Shown here piece after piece: positions 10,901 to 20,079 of a stretch of DNA of 64,000 nt (position 1 is its first letter; the number at the start of each line of letters is the position of its first letter). The stretch is from the NCBI GenBank assembly GCA_965262725.1, contig OZ253555.1:3040001-3104000 (forward strand), read 5' to 3'. Origin of the DNA: Dehalococcoidia bacterium (GTDB lineage Bacteria; Chloroflexota; Dehalococcoidia; UBA2979). The notes below the pieces were generated by a model that saw only the letters and a program-made list of their open reading frames with translations, did not search any database and was not told the origin of the DNA. The translations under genes and the position numbers were made by a program.

Positions 10901-11060
10901 GCGTCTCGACGGTAGGCGGAGCTGTGGCCGTGGGTGCCGGAGTTGCCGCGGGCTTAGCCGTGGATTCCGGACTTGCCGTGGGGGAGGGGTCGGAGGTGCA
11001 GCCCAGCAAGGCGACCGCGACGCAGACGACGGCGAGCAGGGACTTCAGACTGGCGTTCAT
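7989..11060 (-). CDS. M16 family zinc metallopeptidase (PqqL-like) lipoprotein
   Basis: Inverted zincin motif HLVEHMAF, LLGC lipobox, Pro/Thr linker and a two-half M16 architecture. Confidence 0.9.
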   Translation of the reverse strand: MNASLKSLLAVVCVAVALLGCTSDPSPTASPESTAKPAATPAPTATAPPTVETPTATPEPTATATPVAEAPTPTPEPTATATPVVEASTPTPEPTATPVPPVSETDAPLPFDPTVVRGTLGNGLAYYIRHNEEPRGRAQLSLVVKAGSVLEEEQQRGLAHLVEHMAFNGTARFAKQEIVDYLESIGSSLGADLNAQTGYDSTMYWLEIPTDEPDTIETAFQILSDWAYAITFSPEEVELERKVVLEEWRRGQGFRSRWQGSLFPLLFGSSRYADRGPIGLTEIIETAPVEQLKAYYERWYRPNLMAVVAVGDFDAALIEAKVRQHFAPPPEGEASQERAAAADPADRPRFDVPAHDAPRIDVFSDPEAPVTQLTLVRKVAPDTGQDLAAFRRGAAERLAFMMLNARLFERGQVADPPYLGAQGGRGSFVDPIDIATFTVQVEQDGVERGLAAVLEELQRVRLHGFTATELAREKVNLSSSIESVYKQRDQQVSGRLAGSYRNHFLSGTPVLGIEAEWELYQELLPQISLADIADVAVYWTEPANTVLLVLQPEGADTSSDAELAAALRTQFDGADTLVVEPYTDTFDDVPLMATLPTPGSIVEEERIESIDALRWTLSNGITVIAKQTDFRSDEVVFTAFSPGGHSLVADTDHVSAVYAAALADGSGAGPHDSVTLDKLLAGKRVSVSPYIRELFEGFSGSASPADMESLFQLITLYATAPRFDPTYFSTYEARLRSNAETRAAQPDAVLYDTANTVLGQDHHRVRPLTLELLEELSLERAEAIYADRFADLGDATFVFVGAFDWDTLRSLTETYLASLPTTGRAEQWLDVGIDPPDGIADHVVRSGIEPRSTTILVFAGDAEWSRREALALGVVGEVLGIRLRERVREELGGTYSIGVSADLQLLPDPEYQVAIIFGSDPSRAEELVAEVAVELDWLREGGEQRYLDTAKELLRTPREEQLRDNGFWLRHIRAATQRGESFTEINGFDERLDALTLAQVAAAARRYLPGDRYVRVVLLPEDN
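10774..10889. repeat. 51-bp tandem repeat (~2.3 copies) encoding the PTPEPTATATP linker
   Basis: GCTGTGGGTTCTGG recurs at 10774, 10825 and 10876. Confidence 0.8.
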
Positions 11061-11485
11061 CCATCCCATCTCTCGGTGAATCCTATCCCCGGGGAGGGCC
11101 CGGACAAGGATTTCCGGAGGAGGACAGGCGCGACGGGCATTGTCCGCGACCGGCCACCCACGCGCACCCCGTCGGCCCTGCCACGCCTGGCGGGTGAGCT
11201 GCCGGCGGCACTCAACTTGCATGCCCGTGGCGGTCGTGCCGGACGGCGGTTATGTATGGTATGGGTGCACTTGTCGACACCGCACCACCAACTATTGAGC
11301 TGACCGCGGAGCCGAGGGCGGAAGCCGTGCGCTCGCGGCGTGGCTTCCGCACAGCCGTGGCCGGCTCTAGTCTCGAGCTGCGGCCGCTGGCATCCCACAC
11401 GCTGGTCAGGAAGCGTCCCTTGCCCATGACGCCGCCGGAGGCCTCGCGGCTCCCGGAGCGCGCTCGGATCGGGATCGGATAGCCC

Positions 11486-13708
11486 GTGCTCGGCGTCGTC
11501 GCCGGTTTCGTCAGCAGCCCTCGAGGCAAGTGGATCACGCTGCTTCTCTGGGTCGTGCTCGCCGCGATGTTGATCTCGCAGCTGCCGCGGCTCGACGAGG
11601 TGACCGAGAACGAGCAGGCGCTCTTCCTCCCCGGCGATGCCGAGTCGACCCGCGCCTTCGAGCTGGCGCGCGAGCGCTTCCCCACCACCGGCACGCCCGT
11701 GCTGGTCGTCGTCCGCGAATCCGGCGGACTGAGCGGGCCGACGTGGGCGGCCGTCGCAGATCTTGATGCGTGGCTGAACGGACCGGAGGCGCCGGGCAGC
11801 GTCACGCAGGTCCGCGCACCCGGACCGGACGGGGGCGTCGAGTCCGGCCTTGTCTCCCCGGACGGGACAACCCTCTATGTCTTCGCCGATCTCGCCGGCG
11901 AGCCCGCCGAGCCCGGGTTCGCCGATGCCGTCACCGCGATCCGGGACCACACCGCGGCGCTCGACCTGGCCGGCGTCGAGGTCGCCGTCGGCGGCCCCGG
12001 CGGCCTAATCGTGGACCTCGTCGAGGTCTTCGCGAACATCAACTCGTTCCTGCTGATCGTCACCGTGCTGCTGGTGCTGGTGCTGCTGGTCCTCATCTAC
12101 CGATCGCCGATCATCGCGCTGATCCCGCTGCTGGCCGTGGGGCTCGTCTTCCAGCTGGCCGGCGCGGTCGGCGCCTTCGTGGCGCAGCAGTTCGACCTGC
12201 CGATCTCTGGCCAGACCACCGGCATCATGACCGTCGTGCTGTTCGGCACCGGGACGGACTACGTGCTCTTTGTCTCCGCTCGCTTCCGCGAGGAGTTGAC
12301 GCGCCACGACGACAAGCACGAGGCGATGCGCCGCACGATGCGGGGCGTCGGCGGCGCCGTCGCCTCGGCGGGTGCGACGATCCTGATCGCCTCGGCCGCG
12401 CTGGCGTTCGCGATCCTGCGTTCATACCAGTCGCTCGGTCCGGTGATCGCGATTGCGGTTGGGCTGATGATGCTGGCGGCGCTCACGCTGGTGCCGGCTC
12501 TGCTTACGATCATCGGGCGCCGCGCCTACTGGCCGATGCAGCCGCGCCACGACCCGGCCGCAGCCGAGCAGCCGGGAGCGCGCGAGGACTGGCGACGCAC
12601 CATCTACGGCCGGATCGGCGGCGTCGTGCTGCGTCGGCCGCGCGCGACGCTGGCGGCCACAATGGCGGTACTGACGCTGCTCATCGCGGGACTGTTCGCC
12701 TTCCAGACCAACTACGACCAGCTCGCGAGCCTGCCGGGCAACGCCGAGTCGGTGCGCAGCTTCGAGCTGTTGCGCAGCGGCTTCCCGGCCGGCGAGCTCG
12801 CCCCCACGCGCGTCTACATCTCGCTGCCGCCGGGCGAGCAGGTACTCGATCCGCAGAGGCTCGAGCGGCTCGACGCGCTGACGCTCGCCATCGCCGGACA
12901 CCCGGCGGCCGCGAGCGCGTCCGGACCGAGCCGGCCCTTTGGCACCGGCGCGCCACCCGGCGCGCCAGCGGGAGCCGGGGCGCGCTTCGTCTCCGCCGAC
13001 GGCGGCACGGCGCGGATCGACGTCGTCCTGCAGCAGAACCCGTTCGCCGGCGAATCGCTCGACATCGTCCCCGAGTTGCGCGAACGCGCCCGCGACGGCG
13101 CGGCCTCGGCCGGGCTCGACGCGGGTGGCGTGCTGGTCGGCGGCGACACGGCCGAGGCCGCCGACACGCGGACGGCGGGCGATCGAGACTCGCGAGTCGT
13201 GCTGCCACTGATCCTGCTCGCGATCGGGGTCGTACTGGCCGTGCTGCTGCGCTCGCTGATCGCGCCGCTCTACCTGATGGCGACGATCGCGTTCACGTAC
13301 TTTGCGACGCTCGGTCTCGCGGTCGTGGTCTTCCTGCTGGTCTTCGACCACGCGGGCATCGGGCCGGGCGTCCCGTTCTTCCTGTTCGTCTTCCTGAACG
13401 CGCTCAGCGTCGACTACAACATCTACCTGATGTCCCGGATCCGCGAGGAGGTGCGGCACGCCCCGCTCAAGGAGGCGACGGCGTACGCCCTCGCACGCAC
13501 CGGTCCGGTCATCACCTCGGCCGGCCTGATCCTCGCGGGGACCTTCTCTGCGCTGATGACGCTGCCGCTCGACGATCTCGTGCAGCTCGGGTTCGCGGTG
13601 GCGGCGGGCGTGCTGATCGATACCTTCATCACGCGCACGCTGATCGTGCCGGCGCTGGTCTCGATCTTCGGCCGATGGAACTGGTGGCCGTCGCGCCTCG
13701 GGGCCTGA
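11486..13708 (+). CDS. MMPL family (RND superfamily) transporter
   Basis: Two repeats of TM plus extracytoplasmic loop; motifs FGTGTDY and SVDYNIYLMSRIREE; C-terminal GRWNWWP. Confidence 0.9.
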   Translation: MLGVVAGFVSSPRGKWITLLLWVVLAAMLISQLPRLDEVTENEQALFLPGDAESTRAFELARERFPTTGTPVLVVVRESGGLSGPTWAAVADLDAWLNGPEAPGSVTQVRAPGPDGGVESGLVSPDGTTLYVFADLAGEPAEPGFADAVTAIRDHTAALDLAGVEVAVGGPGGLIVDLVEVFANINSFLLIVTVLLVLVLLVLIYRSPIIALIPLLAVGLVFQLAGAVGAFVAQQFDLPISGQTTGIMTVVLFGTGTDYVLFVSARFREELTRHDDKHEAMRRTMRGVGGAVASAGATILIASAALAFAILRSYQSLGPVIAIAVGLMMLAALTLVPALLTIIGRRAYWPMQPRHDPAAAEQPGAREDWRRTIYGRIGGVVLRRPRATLAATMAVLTLLIAGLFAFQTNYDQLASLPGNAESVRSFELLRSGFPAGELAPTRVYISLPPGEQVLDPQRLERLDALTLAIAGHPAAASASGPSRPFGTGAPPGAPAGAGARFVSADGGTARIDVVLQQNPFAGESLDIVPELRERARDGAASAGLDAGGVLVGGDTAEAADTRTAGDRDSRVVLPLILLAIGVVLAVLLRSLIAPLYLMATIAFTYFATLGLAVVVFLLVFDHAGIGPGVPFFLFVFLNALSVDYNIYLMSRIREEVRHAPLKEATAYALARTGPVITSAGLILAGTFSALMTLPLDDLVQLGFAVAAGVLIDTFITRTLIVPALVSIFGRWNWWPSRLGA

Positions 13709-13952
13709 TCGGCGCGCACGCGCACGGGGGCGGCCCAAGGCGCCCTACTGTCTAGGCAGGTCGCGATGAGTGGCAGTGGTAGTCCGGCTGGGGCTTTCCC
13801 GCGAAGGCGCGCTGCGGACCTCAGCCGAGCGGCACCGTTCGGCATCAAGTCCAAGTCGGCCACCACGCGGACCCCTCATCGCACACGCGAAGGGGGTGTC
13901 CATCAGCCTGCCACGGAGAGAGGCTCCGTCTCCCGCCAGCCGGTCGCGTCCT

Positions 13953-14486
13953 CTAGCCGAGAATCCCTCCGACGATCGCGAAGATGATGCCCTGCGCGAT
14001 CAGTCCCAGAAGTCCCGTCCCGATCGCACGCCACGTGCCGAAGTCGAGTGCGGCCTTCAGCGCTGTGATCGTCGTCAGGATGACCCATATTCCGACCACG
14101 AGGCCGACCAATTCGAACAACCCCGGCACGAGACCCAGCAGAAGCAGCAGCCTCGGCGCGCTCGCGAAGCCGAGCGTGCGCGCAAGCTCGCCCCAGTCGG
14201 CGCTCGTCTCGGACGTCGCGAAGATTCGCGTTCCGATGATGTAGGTAAGCCAGGCGTAGACGGCCCACCCCACCAGCCCGGCGGCTGTGTAGGTGACGAA
14301 CGCGAGAGTTCCCTCGGAGCTGACGGCGCCGATGCCGGCGGCCACGCTAGTCGCAACGACGATGGCCGCCGCCTGTTTCGTCGCATCGCGGTCGTGCTCG
14401 ACTTCCTCATACGCGGCGCGTTTGAGCCGCGCCACGCCCACCACGCGCTCAAGTAGAGAACTCTTCGTCACATCGTCCTGCTGCAT
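13953..14486 (-). CDS. Yip1-like membrane protein
   Basis: YEEVEHD motif followed by about 5 hydrophobic helices; GGAGG RBS upstream. Confidence 0.65.
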   Translation of the reverse strand: MQQDDVTKSSLLERVVGVARLKRAAYEEVEHDRDATKQAAAIVVATSVAAGIGAVSSEGTLAFVTYTAAGLVGWAVYAWLTYIIGTRIFATSETSADWGELARTLGFASAPRLLLLLGLVPGLFELVGLVVGIWVILTTITALKAALDFGTWRAIGTGLLGLIAQGIIFAIVGGILG

Positions 14487-14984
14487 CGCCTCCCCCTCCA
14501 CGGGCCCGATCGCGGGCCACCGCCCACTTGGGCCGCCCGATTCGGCAGGCCTCGCCCAAGCTGCGCCAGCCCGCGGCGACGGCGCGGCTAACGTAGCACC
14601 GCGCACTGGATGCCGCACCCATGGCGGCCGTCACCGAGACTCCGCCCCGCAGGGCGCTCGCTCGCGACATCACCCGCCGCCCGTGCCCGCTCTGCCCACC
14701 CGCCGGCCGGCGCGGTGAACCTGGAGGCCCGCCGGAAGGGTGTGTCCCGGCCAGCGTCTGGTGTGCGCGCTGTCTAGGCGGGCCACAGTATCCCGCCCGT
14801 AGCCCACGTCCCCGACCAGCAGCGGCTTCTCACGGCTTCCCTTCGGCGCGACCGTCGGAGCACACGAAGAGGAGCAGGGGCTCAGTCGGGCAGTCGGTCC
14901 GCCACTCCCCCGTCGGGTCTGCCGGAGGCCGCAATCGCTCCTCCAGCGGGACCGCCATCGCCCCACGCGGCGGGGTGGACTCGC

Positions 14985-16202
14985 TCAGTCGGTGCTCAGG
15001 AGGCGGAAGGTGATCGCCGCTGAGACCGGCCGGAACTGGCGGCTCAGGCTGATCCCCTGATGCTGGAAGTGCGAGCCCGATCCCGTCTCCCCGTAGAGCT
15101 GCTCCGGTTCCCGCGCCATCCGCTCATAGGCGAGGCGTGCTATAGGCTGCCCGTCCTCCAGCAGGAACGGAATGTCGTGCGCGCGGACCTCGAGCACCGC
15201 CCTGGTCCCGTAGAGCTCGGGCCCGAAGCCGAATCCCGGGTCGAAGAACCCCGCGTAGTGCGTCCGCAGTTCCCCGTTCGTCGGATCGTAGGCCGCCATC
15301 TCCGCGGCGAGCGACGGGGGGATGCGGACGTACTCCCGCGAGACCAGGAGGTAGAAGTAGTCGGGATCGAGTACGAGGCGCCCACTGCTCTCCGCCACGA
15401 CCGGCTCCCAGTAGTGGAGGGGGTCGTACGCCTGGGTCACCGAGAGATCGAGCAGCGGCGCGTGATGCCGGGCCCGCCAGCCGACCTGATAGCCCCCGGA
15501 CGGCAGGCTCACGCTGAGCAGGATGCCCCGCGAGCCGATCCTCGGCTCCGCGACCGCGCGGCGCCGCTTCCGCGAGTCTGCGTCCGGGGTGAAGAGCAGC
15601 GGCTCACGCTCGTGCTCCGCCGCGATCTCGCCGGGGGAGAGTGGCTCGCTGGCGGTGGTGAGCCGGAGCTGCGCCAAGCATAGCCCGGCGCGGAGGTTCA
15701 CGGTGAAGGTGTTCGAGTAGAGCTCAAGCCAGAGCGGGCCCTCGTAGCCGTCGTCGATCTCGTCGAACTGGCTGCCGCGGTCGGTGAGCACCCGCGTGAA
15801 GATGTCGAGCCTCCCGGTCGAGCTGCGGGGATTCGCGCGGGCGCGCACGCCCGGCGGGAGCCTCAGCCGCTCCGCGAGCTGGATGAGGTACGGGATGCGC
15901 GGATCCAGCACCACGCCGCCTGACTGCCCGAGGTCGATCTCCGGACCCACCTGGAGCTCGGAGAGCCGATCGCGGACCCGCGCCCCGCCCGGGAGGAAGC
16001 TGCTACGGAGGCGGTAGGCGCGGGCGCCGATGCGCAGGTCGAGGCTCGCCGGCTGGACCTGCTCGTCCCGGATGGCATGCGCGGCGCGGACGACTCCGTC
16101 CCGGATCGCGCCCCGGAGCATCCCCGCCGAGTAGACCCCGGCGCGCTCGCCCCCCTTCGGGGTTCCCGCCGTGCCGTCGGCCGTGCCGACCGTCGCCTGC
16201 AT
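14985..16202 (-). CDS. dcd: dCTP deaminase (long, duplicated-domain type)
   Basis: Motifs QPASLDLR, ANPRSSTGRLDIFTR, HYAGFFDPGFG and LEVRAHDIPF. Confidence 0.85.
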   Translation of the reverse strand: MQATVGTADGTAGTPKGGERAGVYSAGMLRGAIRDGVVRAAHAIRDEQVQPASLDLRIGARAYRLRSSFLPGGARVRDRLSELQVGPEIDLGQSGGVVLDPRIPYLIQLAERLRLPPGVRARANPRSSTGRLDIFTRVLTDRGSQFDEIDDGYEGPLWLELYSNTFTVNLRAGLCLAQLRLTTASEPLSPGEIAAEHEREPLLFTPDADSRKRRRAVAEPRIGSRGILLSVSLPSGGYQVGWRARHHAPLLDLSVTQAYDPLHYWEPVVAESSGRLVLDPDYFYLLVSREYVRIPPSLAAEMAAYDPTNGELRTHYAGFFDPGFGFGPELYGTRAVLEVRAHDIPFLLEDGQPIARLAYERMAREPEQLYGETGSGSHFQHQGISLSRQFRPVSAAITFRLLSTD

Positions 16203-16395
16203 CCGCCCCGCCACTCCTCTCTCGCCCCCGCCGTGTGGGCGGGCTCCACGCACAGGCCCCATGGAGCCCATGGCGGACACGCTACGCGATCCCGCGCACC
16301 GGCGGCAGGGGAGATGCGAACCAAGTGCGAGAGGCGCCGCGCCCGGGCGTGCATGACCTGTGGAGAGCACGCCCCGCCGGGCGCAGCTCTCCCGT

Positions 16396-16848
16396 TCACT
16401 CCCCCGGCGCCTCCGCCCCCTGCGCCTCCCCGATCGCCGTCTCGAGAGGAGCTCCGTGATCGACCAGTGTCCGCACCTCCTCCATCGCCTCCAGAAGCGC
16501 CACCTCGAGGCCCGGCGTCTCGGCGATCGGTCGGAAGTAGGAGGCGGGGCCCAGTGCCATCTGATCGGAGGCAACGCGCTCCACGAGTTCGGTCGCGAGT
16601 GGCGGCTCGATGATGCGCGTCCCGGGCGCGAGATCGCGTGCGAGCTGGGCGACTGTCTCGACGCGGAGTGCCAGCGCCGCGCCCACGTGTACGACGAGGC
16701 GCCGCCGGAACTGATCGCCGTGCCGCGCGGTGGGGACGATGACCATCGTCTCGGCGCAGGGATCCTCCCGGTAGCGGGAGGCCGCGCGCTCGACCAGCCG
16801 CTCTGCCTTCGCCGACGCCGCGGGACCGGTGACGAGGGTGGCCGTCAC
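16396..16848 (-). pseudogene. Truncated AddB N-terminal fragment (150 aa)
   Basis: Degenerate P-loop LVTGPAASAK, VIVPTARHGDQFRRRL and FRPIAETPGL resemble AddB N-termini. The GTG start overlaps the DUF429 stop. Confidence 0.6.
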
Positions 16849-18546
16849 GACGCGCCCGCCTTCCGGGGATGCTCCCGGGCGGTTCGGGGCACCCAGATGG
16901 CGGCGGTCTCATCCCCGTAGGGATCGGCCTCCCCACGCCGGTAGCAGAGGGCCGACCACGCGCACACGACGCCGTCGATCGCGTCCTCGTAGCGCTTGAG
17001 CACGCGGAGCGAGGGGATCTCCGCAGCGGCGGGGAGCGCAAGCGCGATCCCCCCCAGGCGCCCGCGGAGGCAACCCAGGATCGAGGCGAGCTCGGCGCGC
17101 AGCCTTCGGATGCGTTCGCGGATGCTGGCGCCGGGGTGGTAGCGCCCGCTTCTCTGCACCTTGTAGGGGAGCCGGTAGTTCGCGCCGGTGAGCGCGAGCA
17201 GGGTAGCGTGTAGGGTCAGGGGCTGGCGCGGTGCGAGCCGTAGGCGGTGGCGCATCAGTTCCAAGCCGGTTTCCCGGTGGTGCCCAACTCCACGGCCATA
17301 GCAGCGTCCGTCTCCAGCCCCTGCCACATCGAACCGGACGTGAGGTTCTCCCTCATCCGGCTCACCGATGCCCTTCACCAGATGGCATGCAGCGCTCCCC
17401 ACAACGTGGGTCGTGCCTTGGCCAGCCGGTACAGCATGTGCGGAGAGCCTCGAACCCTACCAAGTGGTTGCTAGCCCCGAGGGGCACTCACCAGTCCACA
17501 CCCCCAGCAACATGCACGGACAAAGTAGGGGTCCTTCCCATCACCGGCGGTTATGTTGTCCGTCCGGCTCCAGCGGTACTACGACCCCCTCCGCCACCCT
17601 TCCGGCTGGCTGTCCACTTCCCGGCTCTGACCGGTTATAGGACGCCTCGCTCCGACGCCCTCTCACAGGGTGCCGGGCCGGGGAGGGCTTCTCCGGTTCC
17701 CGTCGCTACCTTCCGTACGTTCCACGTCCCATACGCCGGGAGGTTTCTTGAGGCTGCATTCCAGGATCTTCACCTCGTCCATGGCCTTCGCCCTGACCAC
17801 CCGGGCTCGGCTCCTCCTTGGTCCTGTCAATAGACAGGCGAGTCTCACGGCGCGGCAGACTTCGCGTCATGCTGCGGACCGCACGTTTGCTCCCCCTCAT
17901 AGGGCTCTTGACGTCGGGCTTCGACGCAGACCGTTTCCCGTCCACGCCGCCGACCTGCTAACGGGCCTCCTGACAGTTACCCGTGCCGGACTCTCACCGG
18001 CTGGCAGCAACGAGCATGTCTCCGGACCGGTCACGTCATCACGTCACCACCCCTTCGACTTCCGGACGCACGCGGGTAGACCTCGATCAGAGCCGGGGTG
18101 CGGCCGCGGCCGGTGGCCGCGGTCGCGAGCGGGTAGCCGTGGGCGCCGAAGCCGGCGCGAAGCGAATCGGCGAGGGGGCCGGGCCGGACGGCGGAGGGGG
18201 AGTGCACGGAGGCACCGCGGGCACCGAAGGCGCGGGAGACGGCATCATCCGCCGGCCGCCTGGCGGTGACAGGCGAGGTGGCGAGCGGCATATCGACCGC
18301 GACGACCTCGACCGGGCCCGCCCCGAGCCCGCGGGCAGCGGCGAGCAACGCCCCCACATCGGCGCAGCCCGCGTCCGGCCGCACCTCCCAGTCGACGGGG
18401 GTACCCCCGGCGAGGGCGAGGAAGGAGCCGTAGCTCGGCGCGAGCGCGGCGCAACGCCAGCCGCCCTCGCCGTCTGCGACAAGCAGCGAGACGCCGCTCG
18501 GCCCGGTGGCCGTCCACGCTGCGTCGATTCCGAGCACGGCGGGCAT
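16845..18546 (-). CDS. DUF429 (predicted RNase H-fold nuclease), split by a group II intron; exons 18546-18072 and 17209-16845
   Basis: Motifs VLGIDAAW, VAVDMPL, IEVYP|H and EDAIDGVVCA. Exons of 475 + 365 nt give 840 nt in frame (279 aa). Confidence 0.85.
17210..18071 (-). mobile_element. ORF-less group II intron (862 nt)
   Basis: 5' end GTGCG, 3' end ...CCCTAC. Domain V GAGCCGGATGAGGGAGAACCTCACGTCCGGTTC lies at 17363-17331 with the AGC triad. Removal restores codon CAC of EVYPH. Confidence 0.92.
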
Positions 18547-18763
18547 GCGCCTCATCCTAGCGCGGCGCGGTCCGGCGAGGCGCCTGCTGGGCGACACCAC
18601 TGCGGCTGGCACGGTGCAATCGCGGGCAAAGCGATCCAGCGGTGTGCTAGGATGCGTAACAGCTACCGGCACTCTTGTGTGACGCCACGTCGTGCTGCTC
18701 GCGCAATGTCGCGCGTCGCAAAAAAGGAGACAGCACGTCGGAGAGCGTGATCGCGTGGAATCC

Positions 18764-20005
18764 ATGGCCGACACACACGACTTATCGATGAGCGATAACG
18801 GCTCATCGAACGAGGCACTCATCTCGGTCCGGAATCTCTGGAAAGTCTTCGGCAAGAACCCCCTTCGCGCCCTCGCCGGCGAGAACGCCGGGCTGGGGAA
18901 GCAGAAACTCCAAGAGGACCTGGGACTGGTGGTCGGCCTGAGCGACGTGAGCTTCGACGTGAGCCGCGGCGAGACGTTCGTCGTGATGGGGCTCTCCGGG
19001 AGCGGGAAGTCCACTCTCATTCGGTGCCTGATCCGGCTCATCGAGCCCACCGCCGGCGGCGTCGTCGTGGACGGGACCGACATCATGGCGGCTGACCGCG
19101 ACCGCCTGCGGAAGTTCCGGCGGGGGAAGATCGCCATGGTCTTCCAGCAGTACGGGCTCCTGCCGCACCGCACGGTGATGGACAACGCGTCGTGGGGTCT
19201 CGAGGTCCGGGGCATCCCGAAGGAGGAGCGCTACTCCAGGACCCAGGAGATGCTCGACATGGTGGGCCTGGACGGCTGGGAGGCGTCCTACCCCCGGGAG
19301 CTGAGCGGCGGCATGCAGCAGCGGGTGGGGCTGGCCCGCGCTCTCGCCGTGGATCCGGAGATCCTGCTGCTCGACGAGCCCTTTAGCGGGCTCGATCCAC
19401 TCATTCGCAGGCACATGCAGGACGAGTTGATCCGCATCCAGCACGAGCTCAACAAGACCATCGTTTTCATCACGCACGACCTCGCCGAGGCCGTCCGGCT
19501 CGGCGACCGCATCGCGATCATGCGCGACGGATCGGTCGTGCAGATCGGAGAGCCCGAGGACATCGTGCTCCGGCCCGAGGACGAGTACGTCGCCGAGTTC
19601 ACGCAGGACGTCCGCAGGGAGTCGATCCTGACGGCGCGGCACGTGATGGTCGACGCTCCCGCCGTGATTTTTTGCGACGCCGCGCCCGAGGAGGCGCTCG
19701 CGGTGATGGAGGGCACGGGCGCGGAGGCGGCAATGTTGCTGGAGCGCGACCGCACCTACGTCGGATTCGTGACTTCGGAGCAGGCGCGGGCGGCGCTTGA
19801 GGCCGGCGAACGCGTCCTCAGAGATCACGTCGAGCGCGAACCCGGCGACGGTCCGGAGCCCGTCGCCCCCGACGTCACGCTAGAGGAGCTCATCCCGATC
19901 TCGATGGCGAGTGAGCACCCCGTCCCGATCGTGGATCGGTCGGGGAGGCTGCGCGGCGTGGTCGACAGGAGCACTCTCGCCGAGGCGATCTCAACGACCG
20001 ACTAG
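18764..20005 (+). CDS. proV: Glycine betaine/proline ABC transporter ATP-binding subunit with CBS domains
   Basis: GLSGSGKS, LSGGMQQRVGLARAL and DEPFSGLDPLIR; C-terminal CBS pair. Confidence 0.92.
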   Translation: MADTHDLSMSDNGSSNEALISVRNLWKVFGKNPLRALAGENAGLGKQKLQEDLGLVVGLSDVSFDVSRGETFVVMGLSGSGKSTLIRCLIRLIEPTAGGVVVDGTDIMAADRDRLRKFRRGKIAMVFQQYGLLPHRTVMDNASWGLEVRGIPKEERYSRTQEMLDMVGLDGWEASYPRELSGGMQQRVGLARALAVDPEILLLDEPFSGLDPLIRRHMQDELIRIQHELNKTIVFITHDLAEAVRLGDRIAIMRDGSVVQIGEPEDIVLRPEDEYVAEFTQDVRRESILTARHVMVDAPAVIFCDAAPEEALAVMEGTGAEAAMLLERDRTYVGFVTSEQARAALEAGERVLRDHVEREPGDGPEPVAPDVTLEELIPISMASEHPVPIVDRSGRLRGVVDRSTLAEAISTTD

Positions 20006-20079
20006 CGCTGGAGGGCCCGCCGCACGTCCCGTCTTCGGTGCGCGAGGGTGCGGGGAAGCTGAGGCAAGGATGCACTCAC

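Noticed and set aside
14487-14984. ORFs or ncRNA between the Yip1-like gene and dcd
   Set aside because: No recognisable motifs or coding signal.
16845-17402. 185-aa ORF in the supplied track
   Set aside because: Its N-terminal part is intron domains V-VI read in frame. The real protein is the spliced DUF429.
17797-17802. GGGTGG as intron EBS1
   Set aside because: It pairs with CTACCC two nucleotides upstream of the splice site, so the register is not canonical. It cannot be assigned without a structure model.
18560-18763. Riboswitch upstream of proV
   Set aside because: No recognisable c-di-AMP or other aptamer motifs; only an extended -10 (TGCTAGGAT).
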